Part shown: positions 13,880-29,214 of the stretch, in pieces | How positions within the stretch are numbered: the first letter of the stretch is position 1 | Layout: each line of letters opens with the position of its first letter | Source of the DNA: the human T2T-CHM13v2.0 reference genome, Homo sapiens | Reading direction: 5' to 3' (one strand) | Assembly: GCF_009914755.1 (NCBI RefSeq) | Contig: NC_060935.1 | Length of the DNA: 64,000 bases | Made by a program: the position numbers and the translations under genes | The notes under the pieces: model-generated | Databases searched by the model: none | Seen by the model: the letters and a program-made list of their open reading frames with translations, nothing else | Told to the model about the DNA's origin: nothing

Positions 13880-15284
13880 TTTAAAAGTGGAACAAGAAGA
13901 TCTGCAGTGGCTTTTGCCATGGGCGCAGTGCTTTTGTGGGAATGGCTTAGCTGTGTCCCATCTGAAGTAGAAACAGTAAATGTCTCCAAGAATCTTCCTT
14001 GCACTATATGAACTTAGAGGTCTCTCCTGCTCTGACATTTGGTGATTCTGATACTCTGCTGATATATTATCTTAGAAATATGAAGCATCTGAAAAATACT
14101 TCCATTTATTCTTATTTTGCCTATGGCATTATTAAGCATGTTGAAGGGATAGTCAATACCAACAGTGAAGTGGGAGGAAGATATGAATAAAATTGCGGGG
14201 CAAGGGTCAGAAAGTTTTTTTTTTTTTTTAATTCTGAAGGATGGACTTTCATGTCTAATTATAGAAAAATAAAAATCTGTGTCTTTCAACAACAAAACTA
14301 TTCGTGATATTTTGTATATCTTTGACATATGAATCTTGTGAATTTGGAACCTATAAATCCAGTGTTTGTACAAGGGGTCTCCTTTCATTTTACCTTTTTT
14401 TTCACTTAACTCTCCTCCCTCCCTCCAACCTCCCACTCCCAACTACACACCTGTTTCTATGATTCCTAACCATAAGCAAGGGCCTCTAATCTTAAGGCCA
14501 CACACCTGTGGGAAAACACATATCTTTATCAATCTCACACCAAACACCCACAGACACTCACAGAAACACATATCCTTTCAAATACATTAACATCTGGTCC
14601 ACACTCTAGAAATACAAGATTTATTTTTGTTAAATATGCTGACCTGAAGTTTCTGGCTGTAAATTTTTATAAAATGCTGTAACTAAAGTAGCCGTATACC
14701 TCCCAAACCCGGCAAAAACATTGCCCAGATGCTCATCAGGCACAGCTGTTGGCTGTTTTTAGATATTGCATTTACTGATTCCACAGCATGTTCCCTTTTC
14801 TATAGTTCCTCTCGAGCAAGGCTGGTGAGCTCAAATCCAATAATCACCAGCCCTTGTTATTATGGCTACACTCCTTCAAGGATAATAGAGGCCCCTCTAT
14901 GATGATCAGGGCTTGAAAAGAGGAATCAATTTTCTAATTTGGCTTGCTGAAAATAGACGAAAGAGTTCCAGAAATAATAATATCTTGGGACACAGAGATC
15001 CTGTTTTCTGTTTAGTGGTGTTTGTTTGTTTGTTTGATTTTGCTGTTTTTCTTCTTGCCTCTAACACTCAGTGGCAGATCATGAGAACAGCAGAGTGGGA
15101 AACAATAGTGTAATACAACATATAGCGATTAAAGAAAATGGGATTTGGAGTTGGAAAATTGGGTCTCAACTGTTAGTACATCCACTTGTCAACTACATAT
15201 GATGTTAATTCAATTCAGCTCTCTGTTCCTTAATTTCCTCATCATTAAAATTGGGATTATTTTAGTTCAAATTTATTTATTATT

Positions 15285-15560
15285 CATTCAGTTGTAAGCA
15301 ATAGGAAATTCTACTTAGCTGACTTAAACAATAAAATCTTTTATTGGCTTGTGTATCTTGAAGAACAGAGGTATGATAGTTGCCAGAGTTTGTTTGATTC
15401 AGTGGCTCAGTAATGCCATCAAGAATCTAATTCCCTTTCTTGTCTTTACTGTCTTCCACTGTGGCACTTTATTCCAATTTGACTTCCTTCATGGTGACAA
15501 AATGGCTGTAGCAGTTTCAGAGCTCGTCTGTCTACAATCTGTTAGCCAGAAGACAGACAG
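15285..15560 (-). mobile_element. Old MaLR LTR fragment (MLT1K/L-like)
   Basis: TTCAGTTGTAAGCAATAGGAAA...TTTTATTGGCT...GATTCAGTGGCTCAGTAATGCCATCAAG...AAAATGGCTG. Confidence 0.6.
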
Positions 15561-15694
15561 ACCTCTGCTCGGCATTCCAAACAAGATCACAAAACAACTT
15601 TTAACAAATGGCCAAGGCCAGGGGAATGGAATGTGGTGACAAGCTGGAGTCAGCAGGGACCCAGCCCTTGACCTGGAACTGCATTCAAAATTTT

Positions 15695-17870
15695 TAATAG
15701 TCAAGACTAACATAGCTCTACTAACAGTGATATAGATGGTGAAATTACAGGGATTTAATGTAATAGAAGCTAATTTCTGGTTCAAATCATAGTCTCATGT
15801 TGGTCAAACAACTCTCTTCTAAGCTGTGACTTGGAATCCAGGATTAATTTGGTGTTGTATCTCCTCCATCTTTTTGCTTCCGATGCTCTCCTGAATTCTC
15901 TCTCTAGCTTGTAGTGGGGAAGAGGACAAGGGTTGGGAAGCCATCAGACATGTAAACTACCAATATTTCCATTCACAGTCCATTTACCAGAACAAGTGAA
16001 ATGGCAGATCCAAATACAAGGAAGTCTGGAAAACATAGATGACTACATGGATATTGGTGAGCACTAGTGGTTTTTGATCTGGTCTTAGAAAATCTTTCTT
16101 TTTCTCTACCTACATATAGAACACATTCACCTATTCCTCAAGGGACAGAACCCAAAATATTCACTTCCTGCATCCATCACAAAATCCAAATGGTTTATAG
16201 GCATCTCTATGCGATCTGGATATGTCTCCTCCTAGACTGTCAACCTGTAAATAAAAAGGCAGAATTACCCATTTCCCTACATATACATTCATTATATAAT
16301 CAATCTGGATGGAAGAACCATACTGTATATCCCATTTGGAAAGAGAAAACTGAGAAACACAGGAGACACTGATGATCAGCTGGATTCTGAAATTTTGGGG
16401 TTCTGGAAACATAAAATTTCCATGCCTGAGTGATGGAGGAAGTTATTGGATTGGATTCTGCATTACTCTTTCATAGATAGGGGATAACTTCTCCATCCAT
16501 GTTCACCAAATCTCCCAGCTCTGCTGTCATGGAGATTCTGTCATTCTCTTTGGTCTCCATAACCCAATCTACACTGGGCTTTGTAAAGCATGCCCTCTTT
16601 GAGGATTCTACAAACATCTAAGCCTGCATTGTGGTTAGGACCAGTTTGGGAACCCCAGGGGTTTTTAAAGCCTCAAACATCAAAGCCTTTTTTGTCCATA
16701 CTTTGTGAGTTTTTTGTTATACTTTCACTATAATTTCTTATAAAAATTATGAGACTTCTTATCCATTTGTTTCTGTTCAGTTTCATGGCCAATAACCATA
16801 AAGTTATTTTTCTGATATAACACTAGAACCTGACTAATTTTGTTTTCATAACGCTGCATCCCTTCTCCTTTTAAATTTAAGACCTACTCCTTTGAAGGTA
16901 TCTAGAACAGTAGTTTAAAAGACCACACTCTTAATCTGATTGTTGCTTTCAGTAATTTTCTTTCTGCTGGTAAGTTGAACATTGAGTTATTTTGACTGAC
17001 TGAGAAGCTTTATTAGACCTTGGTTTATCAATGCCTTTTTAAAACTTAAATCTTAATAATCTGGGACTAAAAATGTAAAGATTTTCAGCCATGCAAAGAT
17101 CTGAATTTCTGTATTTTATTTGTTTATTTTATTTCTTCCTGCAAACCATTCAATTTTTTCTTAGTCTCAGCTTGGTTCTGTAATACCTTTCCTAATATGC
17201 CCAATAGTAGTTAGCATGCCCTATTAACAGTCTGTTTTCCAATGTCTTCCCCTAGAGTTATAAATTCAGTAGGTTTGGTCTATCTTTCTAGTTATAGCAG
17301 AAGTCCCTTTTATAAAATGCTTTTGCATCTGCGTAATATGGATCCTCAATTTTCCAGGCTCAAACATGAGTTTTTTTACCCAGTGCTTCCTGACATATAA
17401 ACCAAGGCCACATGGTTTAGGCTTTTTGTTGTTGTTACAACAGGGTATCACCCCTAGTACTGATTTTTTAGTTATTCAGAATAGAATAGACTATGCTATA
17501 GTAACCAATAATACCTCAATTTTCGGAGGCCTAAAACAATAGAAGTTTATTTCTTACTCAGTCCAGTGTAGGTTTAGCAACTGTCCTCTAAGCAGTTGTT
17601 TATATCACAAGATGCTTCAGTATTACGGCTCTACTATCTTGTAAATTACAGGTCGCCTCGACATTATTCAGCTGTCAGAGAGGGGCAAGATAATGTAAAT
17701 GGAGGAGGCACACTGATGCTAAACAACATGCCTCCCTGAGCCTAGAAGTAGTACATTTTATACTTACTTTGCACTGGCCAAGATTTAATCAGATTGCCAA
17801 CCCAATTGCTGCAGAGAAGAGAAATTAGAGGAGCCCGTGGATATTATCAGAAGCTAGTAGTGTCTACTAC
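15695..17870 (-). mobile_element. Ancient MLT1 (MLT1J-like) MaLR provirus: LTR ~15695-16075, internal ~16075-17465, LTR ~17470-17870
   Basis: Two similar LTR-like segments ending GGATATTGGTGAGCACTAGTG and GGATATTATCAGAAGCTAGTAGTG; the intervening sequence resembles MLT1-int and ends CCACATGGTTTAGG...CACCCCTAGTACTGATTTT. Confidence 0.7.
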
Positions 17871-18719
17871 AGAGTCATCCAAAGTACACGGAAAATTGTG
17901 TTTTTTAAAAGTAGAATAAAATAGATACTTAAAAAAGGAACTGATAATATCCACTGCAAGGTATTTCAACAGGTTGTTCTGAAGACTAAAAAACATATTG
18001 TATGCAATATACTTAGTACAGTACCAATCGCACAAGTGCTCAGTACACTGTACTTACTCTTTTTATGCTTGTCATCACCACTCCCTTATATGGAAATGTA
18101 GATGCAATATATACATCTTTTGAAGATTTCAAAAAGTCTTTCGAAGATTTCTTCCAGCCCAAACATCATGTATTTCTAATTTTCTCATTTTGCACTGTGG
18201 ATGAGATCTGGAAAACAACATTTGCATGGAGATTTCCAATTTCTGTAAAAATGTCCATTTTACAGGTTTTGTCAGCTTCTCTGACAGTTATATTCTATTT
18301 GTTCCTAATTTATTTTTTTTTCACAGCAAGCCATCACTGAGATTGATGAAACAAATTGATCATAGATGTCTCCTCTTTTCTTAAAGTCAAAAAGGGTGTG
18401 TTTGGCCTGGCTTCCGTTTCTTGATGAGTGAAACTTTTTGTGTTTCAGCTCAACATGAGAGAGTAAAACAGACAGTTGACTCTGCAGGGCCAGGGTGGCA
18501 TAGTAAAGCTATGGATACCCTAGAAATTTGGTTTGTACATAGGAAAAATGGGGGCCCTTGATATTTATGATAGTGTTAATATTTCTCATATGTGATTTTT
18601 GAGCATGCAATAGAGGACAAGAAAAAGTCAGTCTTCCATTGCAAAGAGTGTTCCCTTGGTGCCTAAGGCCAGGCTGTGGGAAGTTACAGAAGAAAGAGTT
18701 CAATTTTCTCAAGCCTCAG

Positions 18720-20335
18720 GAACATTGTATTTACAGAAGAGTCTAAACAAATCTAAGATGTGAATACAATTAAACAAAAGAATATTTCAATTATCTAATG
18801 ACAACTATGTTGATATATGCACATAGTACTAATAATTTAAAAAATAAAACAAAATAGAATAAGTGAATGTTGTGTGATTAGTTATAGATGGTGGTTAAAG
18901 GTAAATGGGAGAAAATTTCTGAGCAGCCTAAGATAATGATCACTGCTTAAATGCAAGCCTCTTTGTCTATGCCCCCCAAATAAAACAGAACCATGAGAAA
19001 AGACAAAACTAGGTAAATTATAAGACACAATGTCCATGCCTTCATAAACTATAAACAAAATAAAAGGGAAAAACCCTACTGAACTGCAATGAACAATTAT
19101 TTCTACTACTACCACAAAACCTTGCTGCAAACAGGTGTAGTCTGGGAGAACAAAACAAATCAAAAATAACAAAAATAGAAAAACCACAGTATGCATGGAA
19201 AAGAGAAGATGGGAGATAGTGCCAGGCCTAAAGTTTTTCTCAAACTTGTATGAGAATGAGAAACTTCACAATGAGTGTGAAAATATTAGTAGCTGAGAAC
19301 ACCGAATTCACAGCTGGGAATTTTAGGTTTATGTGATTTTAGGTAGCAGATTTCAAATGATGTGGTTTCTAAGGAAGACAAAAGCAAAAAGGAAAAAAGA
19401 AATATCTTATGGAAATATGATGGAAGAGGTAATTTCACGGCCCTACTAATAAAAGAATATGTTGTAGGCCCCACAAACTCTTCTTTGACACACACACCCA
19501 CACACAAAGACTTAGCAAAAAGAGTCGACTTTGCTACACTGGTATCAGTGAATACCACTAAACCAGGACCTTTACCAAAAGAAAAGATTAAAAACAAGAA
19601 GCAAGCTCTTGAAACACCATTTCTCTCTACCACTCTTCCCTCCCCTCAAAAAAAAAAAAAAAATGAAGAGGAAAAGAAGTGTAACAACATTGCAAACAAA
19701 GATAAACATACACAAACAAGCATTTAGAGATATGGAAAAACATTCTGAGTCAGAAATTCAAAAATTAAAGGCAAAAAAGTACCAAAAGAAAATGCGGAAA
19801 GAAATGAAAGTGAATTAATTAAATTCAAGAAAAATGTTTAAAAAAGACAATGTCATCTCACATAAGAAGAATAAATTCCACATGAAAATTTAACAAGAGG
19901 CTTTGAAGAAAGGTAGGAACCAGACAAGAAAAGTAAAATGAGACAAAAAAAAAAAAAACAAAAAATCACACACACAAGTAAAAAGGGTCAGAGATAAAAT
20001 GGTGGAAAAGGAAGATAGACAAAGAAAGAATAACATTAGTATAGTTGGATCCCCTGAAGAAGCTAAGCAAAAAAAAGTATCAAAATTAATACTTGAAATT
20101 AGAATCTGAAAGCACATTGCAGAAATGAAAGAAGGCCTGAATCTATATAGCAGAAGGGTCAATGGAGTACCTAGAGAAAATTATCTGAAAAAATCTACTC
20201 TGAGACATTTTCTAGTAAAACATGGCTTTTTTTCATAGATTAAGAAAAATAATCTAAATGCTTTCAGGCAAAAATATCAAATAGTAACTTGTAAGGCAAA
20301 ATAATCAATTACACTGGCATTAGATTTCTAAAATT
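18720..20335 (+). mobile_element. Old L1M/HAL1 5'/ORF1-region remnant
   Basis: A-rich ORF1-like sequence (ATAGTTGGATCCCCTGAAGAAG...GAAAGAAGGCCTGAATCTATATAG...CTACTCTGAGACATTTTCTAGTAAAA); left boundary uncertain. Confidence 0.6.
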
Positions 20336-20399
20336 AAAGAAAAAGAAAAGCAACCACCACAGAAATAAATTGTTTCAGGTAAGAAACACCAATACTAAA

Positions 20400-21968
<1,569 letters not shown>

Positions 21969-23139
21969 TTATGTAAGGGATACTGCTATAACATACTGAC
22001 TAAATCATTAAAGAAATCTAATCCAAGATCCGAAGAAATACTTTAGTTACTTACAAGATCATAAACAAAATAAGCTAACCCTGAGATATGTAATGTAATT
22101 TACCTGTCTGGTTCAAATTCTGTAAATAGACACACATATATACTCATACATGCAAGGATTCACTCACACAAGCACACACATGCCCACACATGCTTTTATT
22201 TTCCCAAAACAACCTGAAATGTCAATATATGTTGCAGCAATTGACAATATAAACCAAGAATCAGTCAATCAGCTTTTGTGGAAAACATGGTTAACACAAC
22301 AGTAGTACTCATCACAGACAACTGCCCTTATAGAATTAGAATTTAGCCTTCATGGTTTGCAAAGAAAAAGAGGCAGCAAAGCTAGTAATGATTTTGTTTA
22401 AAGTCAGATCAAATAATGCTAATGGTTTCAAAAGTACATACATTTGTCTTCTCATTTGTGACAGAGCTAGGAGACCCATTTGTAAATTGACATATCACCC
22501 TGCATCTTGATTCATTTTCAACATAGTCCATAGCTCTGAGGGAAGCACAGAGCTGAAATAATTTAGGGTTGAAATATCTGGGTTATAGAATCCTGATTTT
22601 CTCATTAATGAAGTTTGTAACTTTTATCAGGATCCTTCACTTCTCTCAGCCTCAATTTGAATGTATATAATTCTGTAAAATGCATATAATTATACTTATC
22701 AAAATATGTGAATTAATCCAGTAATATTAGTTATGTGAAAGTACCTTTTAAACTTTTAAATCCTATTTTTATATATGTTTACATTTAAGTGTCTTTAAAA
22801 ATATAAAATTGCATTTATTTATAAACATCATCTTAGAAATTTAGTTGTTAAAATATTCAGTCTTTTATTCTTTATTACATAAAAACCTTAGCATGCATTT
22901 TTGACATATTTGGCCAGGGTTAGGGATATAGATGTAACTTAAGAGTTTTGCATGCATGTGCACTTTGTTCCTTTTTTTTTTTCCTATTAGTGAAACTTGA
23001 CCATAAAGAGAATAAAACCAGACCTTGTTCTCGTCAGCACCATATTCTGAACCATCCATCTGATAATGGCACCTTTATACGTATATTTACATCTCAAATA
23101 GGGTTTATTTGTTTGATTTACCCCTTAGGTAAGGCGGGC

Positions 23140-23615
23140 ATTACTTACCTATTGCAGCTGTGGCAAATATAAACAAACTTAGTGGCTTAATACAAATTTA
23201 TGATCTCATAACCCTGGGGGTCTGAAGTCTCACTGAGCTAAAATCAAGGTGTCAATAGGGCTGTATTTCTTCTGGAGCCTCTGGGAAATAATCCATTCCT
23301 TGCCTTTGTCAATTCCAACTACTAGAAGCTACCCAGTTACCTTGACTCATTCCCTTCCCAATCTTCAAAGTCAGCAATGGAGGCTGACTTCCCACATTGA
23401 ATCACTCTGAATGGCCTGCCTCTCTCTTTCACTTATAAAGACCTTTGCAATTGCATTGTAGTCACCGAGACAATTAAAGATAATCTTCCCATTTCAAGAT
23501 CCTTTACTTTATCACAGGGCCTGCAAAGTCCTTTTTGCCATGGAAGGTTACATATTCACAGGTTTCAGAATTAGTATATGGATATTTTTGAAGTGATTTT
23601 GTTCTGTCTACCATA
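23140..23615 (-). mobile_element. MLT1 (C/D-like) solo LTR
   Basis: AACTTAGTGGCTTAA...GCTAAAATCAAGGTGTCA...ATAATCTTCCCATTTCAAGATCC...CATATTCACAGGTT. Confidence 0.8.
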
Positions 23616-24815
23616 TCACATAAGTGTGCATTTTTACAGAATCCATACATATCTAAAATACCTTCCAGGTTTTAGTTTACATATTTCCACGAGATGTGTA
23701 TGGATAAACATCATCACCATCACCATAGTTGGAAAGACTGACACTCGGAGGTTAGAAGGCATGCGTATAGTCAGTCAATGAGTCAAGGGGTAGAAATACT
23801 ACATCCTCAGCTCTTGATGGTGTTTACCTAACAATGTGGCCCAATATTTTTATTTCTGCCTAGATTTTCTGCCACATATCTCATGTTGAAATCGGGTTCC
23901 CAAGGGACCTAGTCACTTATATTTTCCAGAGAGTTTGCCCCATGCAAAATTGAACAGTCTTGCTTTTGGGAGATCGGAATGCTCTGGGTGGGCATAGATA
24001 ATGCTGAAATCCTTAGTTCTTTAGTTGCTTTTATTTCTCTGTATTTAATGCTGCCACAAACTCTTTAAAAATATTTGAATTCATTGTGTCTCTATTTATT
24101 GTGTTCACACACTGAGGCACATTCGCAGAGAGTGTAATTTTTAAATTCTGAAAAAAAATGAATTAAATGGAAACATATTTTGGGAAAGGAGCTCTAGAGG
24201 TCATATAGTTTTGCCTCCAACCTGCAGGCAGAATTATTCTCAAGCCCCTCTTATATGAGTTGTTTATTATCTTTCTAGTACACGGTCCAACAAGAAATAA
24301 TCCAGTAAATATGTCAAGCAGAATACTTTAGCAGAAAAGAAAACATAAAGAGAATAAATCTCACCTTAAAATTGTTTTTAATGCTTTTATCCACATGGTC
24401 TTACCACCAACAAAGCATTCAGGGTTTAGATTACTATCTTAATTCATAGGGGAGACCAAAAGCTGGTAATCATTAAAGTTCACTAGAGGATCGGGGGTGT
24501 GTGAATTATTTTGATCAGCATTTCATCTACGTTTATCTTATGACTTTATATTCTAATTAGAATGAGAAACAAGAAATGTGTGTCCTCTTCTCTGGTTTTC
24601 GATGTTGCTGGTATGCTGCGAAGTACCTTTACCAACACAGGGCAATAGCCAGCCTGCTCCCTTTAATAAAAGTCTAGAATTTTTGAGCGTTTATTTTATC
24701 CCACAAATAAATAAACAATTGCCCAATTCTAAAGTAACAAGAGGTTTTAGCTATATGGATAATGCCATTTATTTGTATGTGCATTTGTTTGCTCAACAAA
24801 CTTGCTTATCATCTG

Positions 24816-25130
24816 TTTTTTTTTTGTTTGTTTGTTTTGTTTTTGTTTTTTTTTTAGCAGAGTCTCACTCTTCACTCTTCACCTGGAGTGCAGTGGTGCG
24901 ATCTCAACTCACTGCAACTCCCCAGGTTCAAGTGATTCTCGTGCCTCAGCCTTCCAAGTAGCTGGGATTACAGGCATGGGCTAGTACATCCGGCTAGTTT
25001 GTATATTATTAGTAGAAATGGGGTTTTGCCATTTTTGCCAGGCTAGTCTCAAACTCCTGGCCTCCAGTGATCCACCCGTCTTGGCTTCCCAAAGTGTTGG
25101 GATTACGGGCGTGAGCCACCACACCCAGCC
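24816..25130 (-). mobile_element. Alu SINE (AluS-type)
   Basis: T-rich tail followed by reverse Alu body; TSD TAT(C/T)ATCTGTTT. Confidence 0.93.
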
Positions 25131-25199
25131 TATTATCTGTTAACTACTATGGCAGATACTGGGGGTAAAAATGGTAAGGCAAACTGTTTCATTTAAAAC

Positions 25200-25478
25200 T
25201 GGGGATTTTCAACTTTTTGCCCATGATCCACAGTAAGAAATGTGTTTTACAGTGAGACCTATGTACAAATTCTCAGAAGGCAGGAACGAAAGTCCATGAA
25301 ATAATACCTTTACTATGTTAAGAGCACTTTTACATTTCCTCTTCTCTTTAAGGTTCTATTTTTTGTGCTGCTATCTGTCTCTATTATTTTCTGCTGTTAA
25401 AAAAATGCTGGTCAGGAGTCACTAGATAGATTTTATTACCCAGTAATGGGGAGTGACCTGTACTTTGAAAAATATTTC
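25200..25478. mobile_element. hAT-Charlie DNA transposon remnant
   Basis: TTTTCAACTTTTTGCCCATGATCCACAGTAAGAAAT...GTGACCTGTACTTTGAAAAA. Confidence 0.55.
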
Positions 25479-25485
25479 TCTAGAA

Positions 25486-25808
25486 CCATGCTACCTTAAG
25501 TATAGTCTAAGTATAGTATAAGGTATATAAGTATAGTCTAAGTATAGTATAAGGTATATAGTATAGTCTAAGTATATATAGCATAGCCTAAGTATATACA
25601 GTATAAGCCTAAGTATATATAGTATAGCCTAAGTATAGTCTAAGTATAGTATAAGGGATATAAGTATATACCCTTAGTATAAGGACACAGGAGTGCGTTA
25701 GAATTGCAGAGTTTCAGCCTCCTCCATCTCCAGATGTATAGAATTAGAATCTGCCTTCTAACAAGATCCCTCAAATAATTCACACACATTTAAATTTGAG
25801 AAACAATA
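25486..25808. mobile_element. MER5B DNA transposon containing a minisatellite
   Basis: GTTAGAATTGCAGA...AGAATCTGCCTTCTAACAAGATCCC...CACATTTAAATTTGAGAA matches MER5B. Confidence 0.75.
25498..25684. repeat. Irregular AT-rich minisatellite (units AAGTATAGTCT / AAGTATAGTATAAGG / AAGTATATATAGTATAGCCT)
   Basis: Tandem units seen directly. Confidence 0.9.
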
Positions 25809-28104
25809 TTCTAAGACTTATTTTAAGTGTGGAGTACTTTCTATGCTCAGAAAGAATTTTGAGGAAAAAATGTAGACACACAATTTAAAATTGATATATA
25901 GTATTTTTCATCTTTAATTATAAATAGCTTCAAGAAACAATATTTGTGTTTTAAGTGTTGCTATTTTAAATTAAAATTCTTGTATATCTATCAGATGGAA
26001 TGTAATACAATAGTGCTTTGATATCCATGTTTATCCATTTATAAAGATACATAAAGAAATGTTTCTTTAATGATAATAATTTGCACCCTTTTTCATTTCT
26101 AAAACTATTTTAAATTATATTTTCTAATAACTTTTATCCTCATTTGATAGTTTTCTTCTTGATAATCTTTTATTTTTCATTGAATCAAAATCTTTGCTAT
26201 AAAAATACTTATACACATCTAATTTTTATAACTTTATTCTATTGGTCAAGCAGAATTAATTTATTACAAAATTTAATAAGTAATTATTAAATGTAAGATG
26301 ATTCTTTTGACAATTTATCTCATAAAGAAAGAGGTGGGGACATATGAGGCTTTGAGTAAGGGAAGATTTAGCCAACAACTGTACTTCAAATTATATCTTG
26401 CTTACTCAGAGTGATGTTCAAATTAAGATGGGGTAAGAGCTATGTCTTTCTTTTGTTAATTGTGAGTGATAAGAGCAATGATGAAAGAACTGTGATAAAA
26501 GAGAACCAGCATAACTATATAATTGAGTTCAGAGGAAGGTCAATTTTAGAAATGAATACAACTTCCTCAACTTCCATGTTGAGGACATGAAACTTGACTC
26601 TCTAAATATTATTCAATCCATGTACCCTTTAAAAAGTGTTTGTATGTCCCAGAGGTAAGGGAATCCCAGTTTGAGACACATTGCACTAATGAGTGAGGCT
26701 CACACGGGCACAACTAATTGCATAGTGCCATGAAGTACGCATTACGTTCTCTGTAGCACAGAGAAATGGGCAATTAAGTGCCTGGGGATGGGAAGGGGAA
26801 AGTGGGGCCACCAGGAAAGGAGATACTTGACTTCTGCATGATGGCAAAGAAAGCAACACATATAAAGCCGCAGACATGTAAATGTAACATTAATGATCAA
26901 AGGTAAGGCTAAGGCCACTTTGCAAAGGTGCTTCTGGTCAGAACTCATGATGGACATTATTCGCAGAGTAATAGCTCATATCTTTAAAACAGAAGTAATA
27001 TGAACACTTAAAAAAAAAAAGCCAGAGTAATATAATCAGATTTTCTCTAATGATCTAAACTTAGAAGCCCTTAACCTAGGGTTAGCAAATGCCTAGGAGC
27101 TAAAGAATGTTTCTAAGACATATAATAATATCAATGCCAAAAACAAAAACAAAACCACTCTTTTGCACATAAATGCATTTCTGTTTTTCAAAATGTATAA
27201 AAATGTAGTTGTACAAAAATAATTTGGAAGGGCTGTAGCATTCATGCTAGTTTGTGTGTTTGGTAAGGGCTCAGGGTGGGGGTCTGTCATATATTTTCTC
27301 CATGAGCAGACACTTATCATGAAGTAGTCTAAATGTTTTCTTGCAATTACAAATAAAACCACTTTTAGGGTATGAGCAAGAATGGACTGATTACTCATTA
27401 AATTTAAAAATGGAATATGTTTGCAATAGGTCTGTGAAAGGACATTTAGTAACTTTCACACTGTTGAAGAACACAAATGAAAGAGGTCTATGTTCTCTTC
27501 TGCAGAGGATCTTACATTAGGCAAACCCAGTGTTTGAAAATCTGGGTTTACATAAAGGCTAAATTTGGAAACTAATTATTCACTTTTTAAGGGATTCACA
27601 GTAGGACATAAGTCAATAGAAAACTCTCTAGCATATTGAAAATAGAATTCAATTTACTTGCAAGTTTTGGGAAGCTTTCCTATTGCACAAACTAAGATCA
27701 GTTTTGTCCACTCTTTAACTGACATGCCATGAAGTACACAGACAACAAAACTGTTCCAAAGTTGGATTTATGGCTCTGAATACAAGCAATGCCCTCAGGT
27801 CACCTTTAAAGGGAAGCAAGAACTGATACTTTTAAATGCATGCGCTGTCAATGTCTCATGTGCCCATGTGGTAATGATCACAGCTAATTGGACACAGACC
27901 AATACTTGACCCATACAACAAGTTCTCCTTGAAGGGCTTGATGAGAGAACTCTGCCCAAGAGTAGCTCAATCCTGGAAGCTGAATTGCCATCCCATCAAA
28001 TCATAACTTTATAATTTGAATGTGAGGCCTACAGTGAGATAGAAAGAATCAATGACTAGAAGCAAGAGAAATGAAGGTAATAGGTAAGTCGTCATAATAA
28101 GGAA

Positions 28105-28400
28105 ATATGTTAGGTCACTTTCAATTGCAGTGAAAGAACCCCAATGCAAATTGACTTATGTGAGGAAGGAGATTTATTTGTTTATGCAACTAAAAGTTAG
28201 AAGGGTAAACTGACTTAAAGAGTAGTTGGATCCAGATGCTCAAAAAGTGAAAAGACAATGTCATTGAGAATCTACCCCTTCCCATTTTTTGACCTTGTTT
28301 TCTTATGGATTGACTTCATTTTCGGGCACTTTTCTGCAGATGACAAAAATATCCATCAGCAAGTCTTTGTGAAACATTTTTACCATTAGCCTTACATAGG
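28105..28400 (-). mobile_element. Old MaLR LTR fragment (MLT1K/L-like)
   Basis: TGTTAGGTCACTTTCAATTGCAGTGAAAGAACCC...GATTTATTTG...GGATCCAGATGCTCAAA. Confidence 0.55.
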
Positions 28401-29214
28401 TTGACAAAACTGAGAAGTGTAATGATGTCCCTGGGAGATAAAGCTCCTTTCTCCAAGAAAAGTTTTCTATTGAAGAAAATAAAACCCACACAAATGTTGC
28501 ATACATGACAAAATGTGCAAAACTGTATCTATCGGAAGAGTCACACATTGATTGAGAGCTCCAACTGCAATTGAAAGTTATTTAGGATTCTTGGAAGCCT
28601 TCCAGTTCTCTCTGCCTTCTTGCTATTTGTTCTAGCCACACACTTTACTTTCCAAAGTCCCACAGTCACTTCCCATCCTATCACTGGCTTTGTGACCTTG
28701 AGAGAGTCACCTAAACAGCTGTGAATCTCAGTTTTTTCACCAATATGAAGACAATAAGAGTGTCAATCTCTGTATGAAAATAGAAGTATTCAGTGAAACA
28801 TATGCAAGTTTCCTAGATTAGAGTTTGACACACTGTAGGTTCTTAAGTCATGTTTATTCTTTTAGACACTGGACTTTTAGGTGATATGATGAGAATTCAC
28901 AGGGCAGAGGTCTCCATGACAGTATATCTGAGCCCAGATAGCCAACCGTTGCACAGAGTACAGCTCAAAATAACCTTCGGATGCTCTTGGAAGCTCAGAT
29001 GCTAGTGTCAACTCTCCAACAAACAAGATATGTGACCTTAGGTAATTCTCTTTATTCCTTTGAAATTTTAGTTTACTCATTTAGGAAAAAAATGAGAGTT
29101 GGGATGAAATGGTTTCCAAAGCTCTCTCTCTCTCTTTCTCTCTCTCTAACACATACATATTCTTTGTGTGTAACTCATCAAGATTTCAAATCCTAACAAA
29201 CAGTTAATATATTT

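Noticed and set aside
25498-25684. CRISPR-like array
   Set aside because: Eukaryotic context, no unique spacers, and irregular AT-rich tandem units
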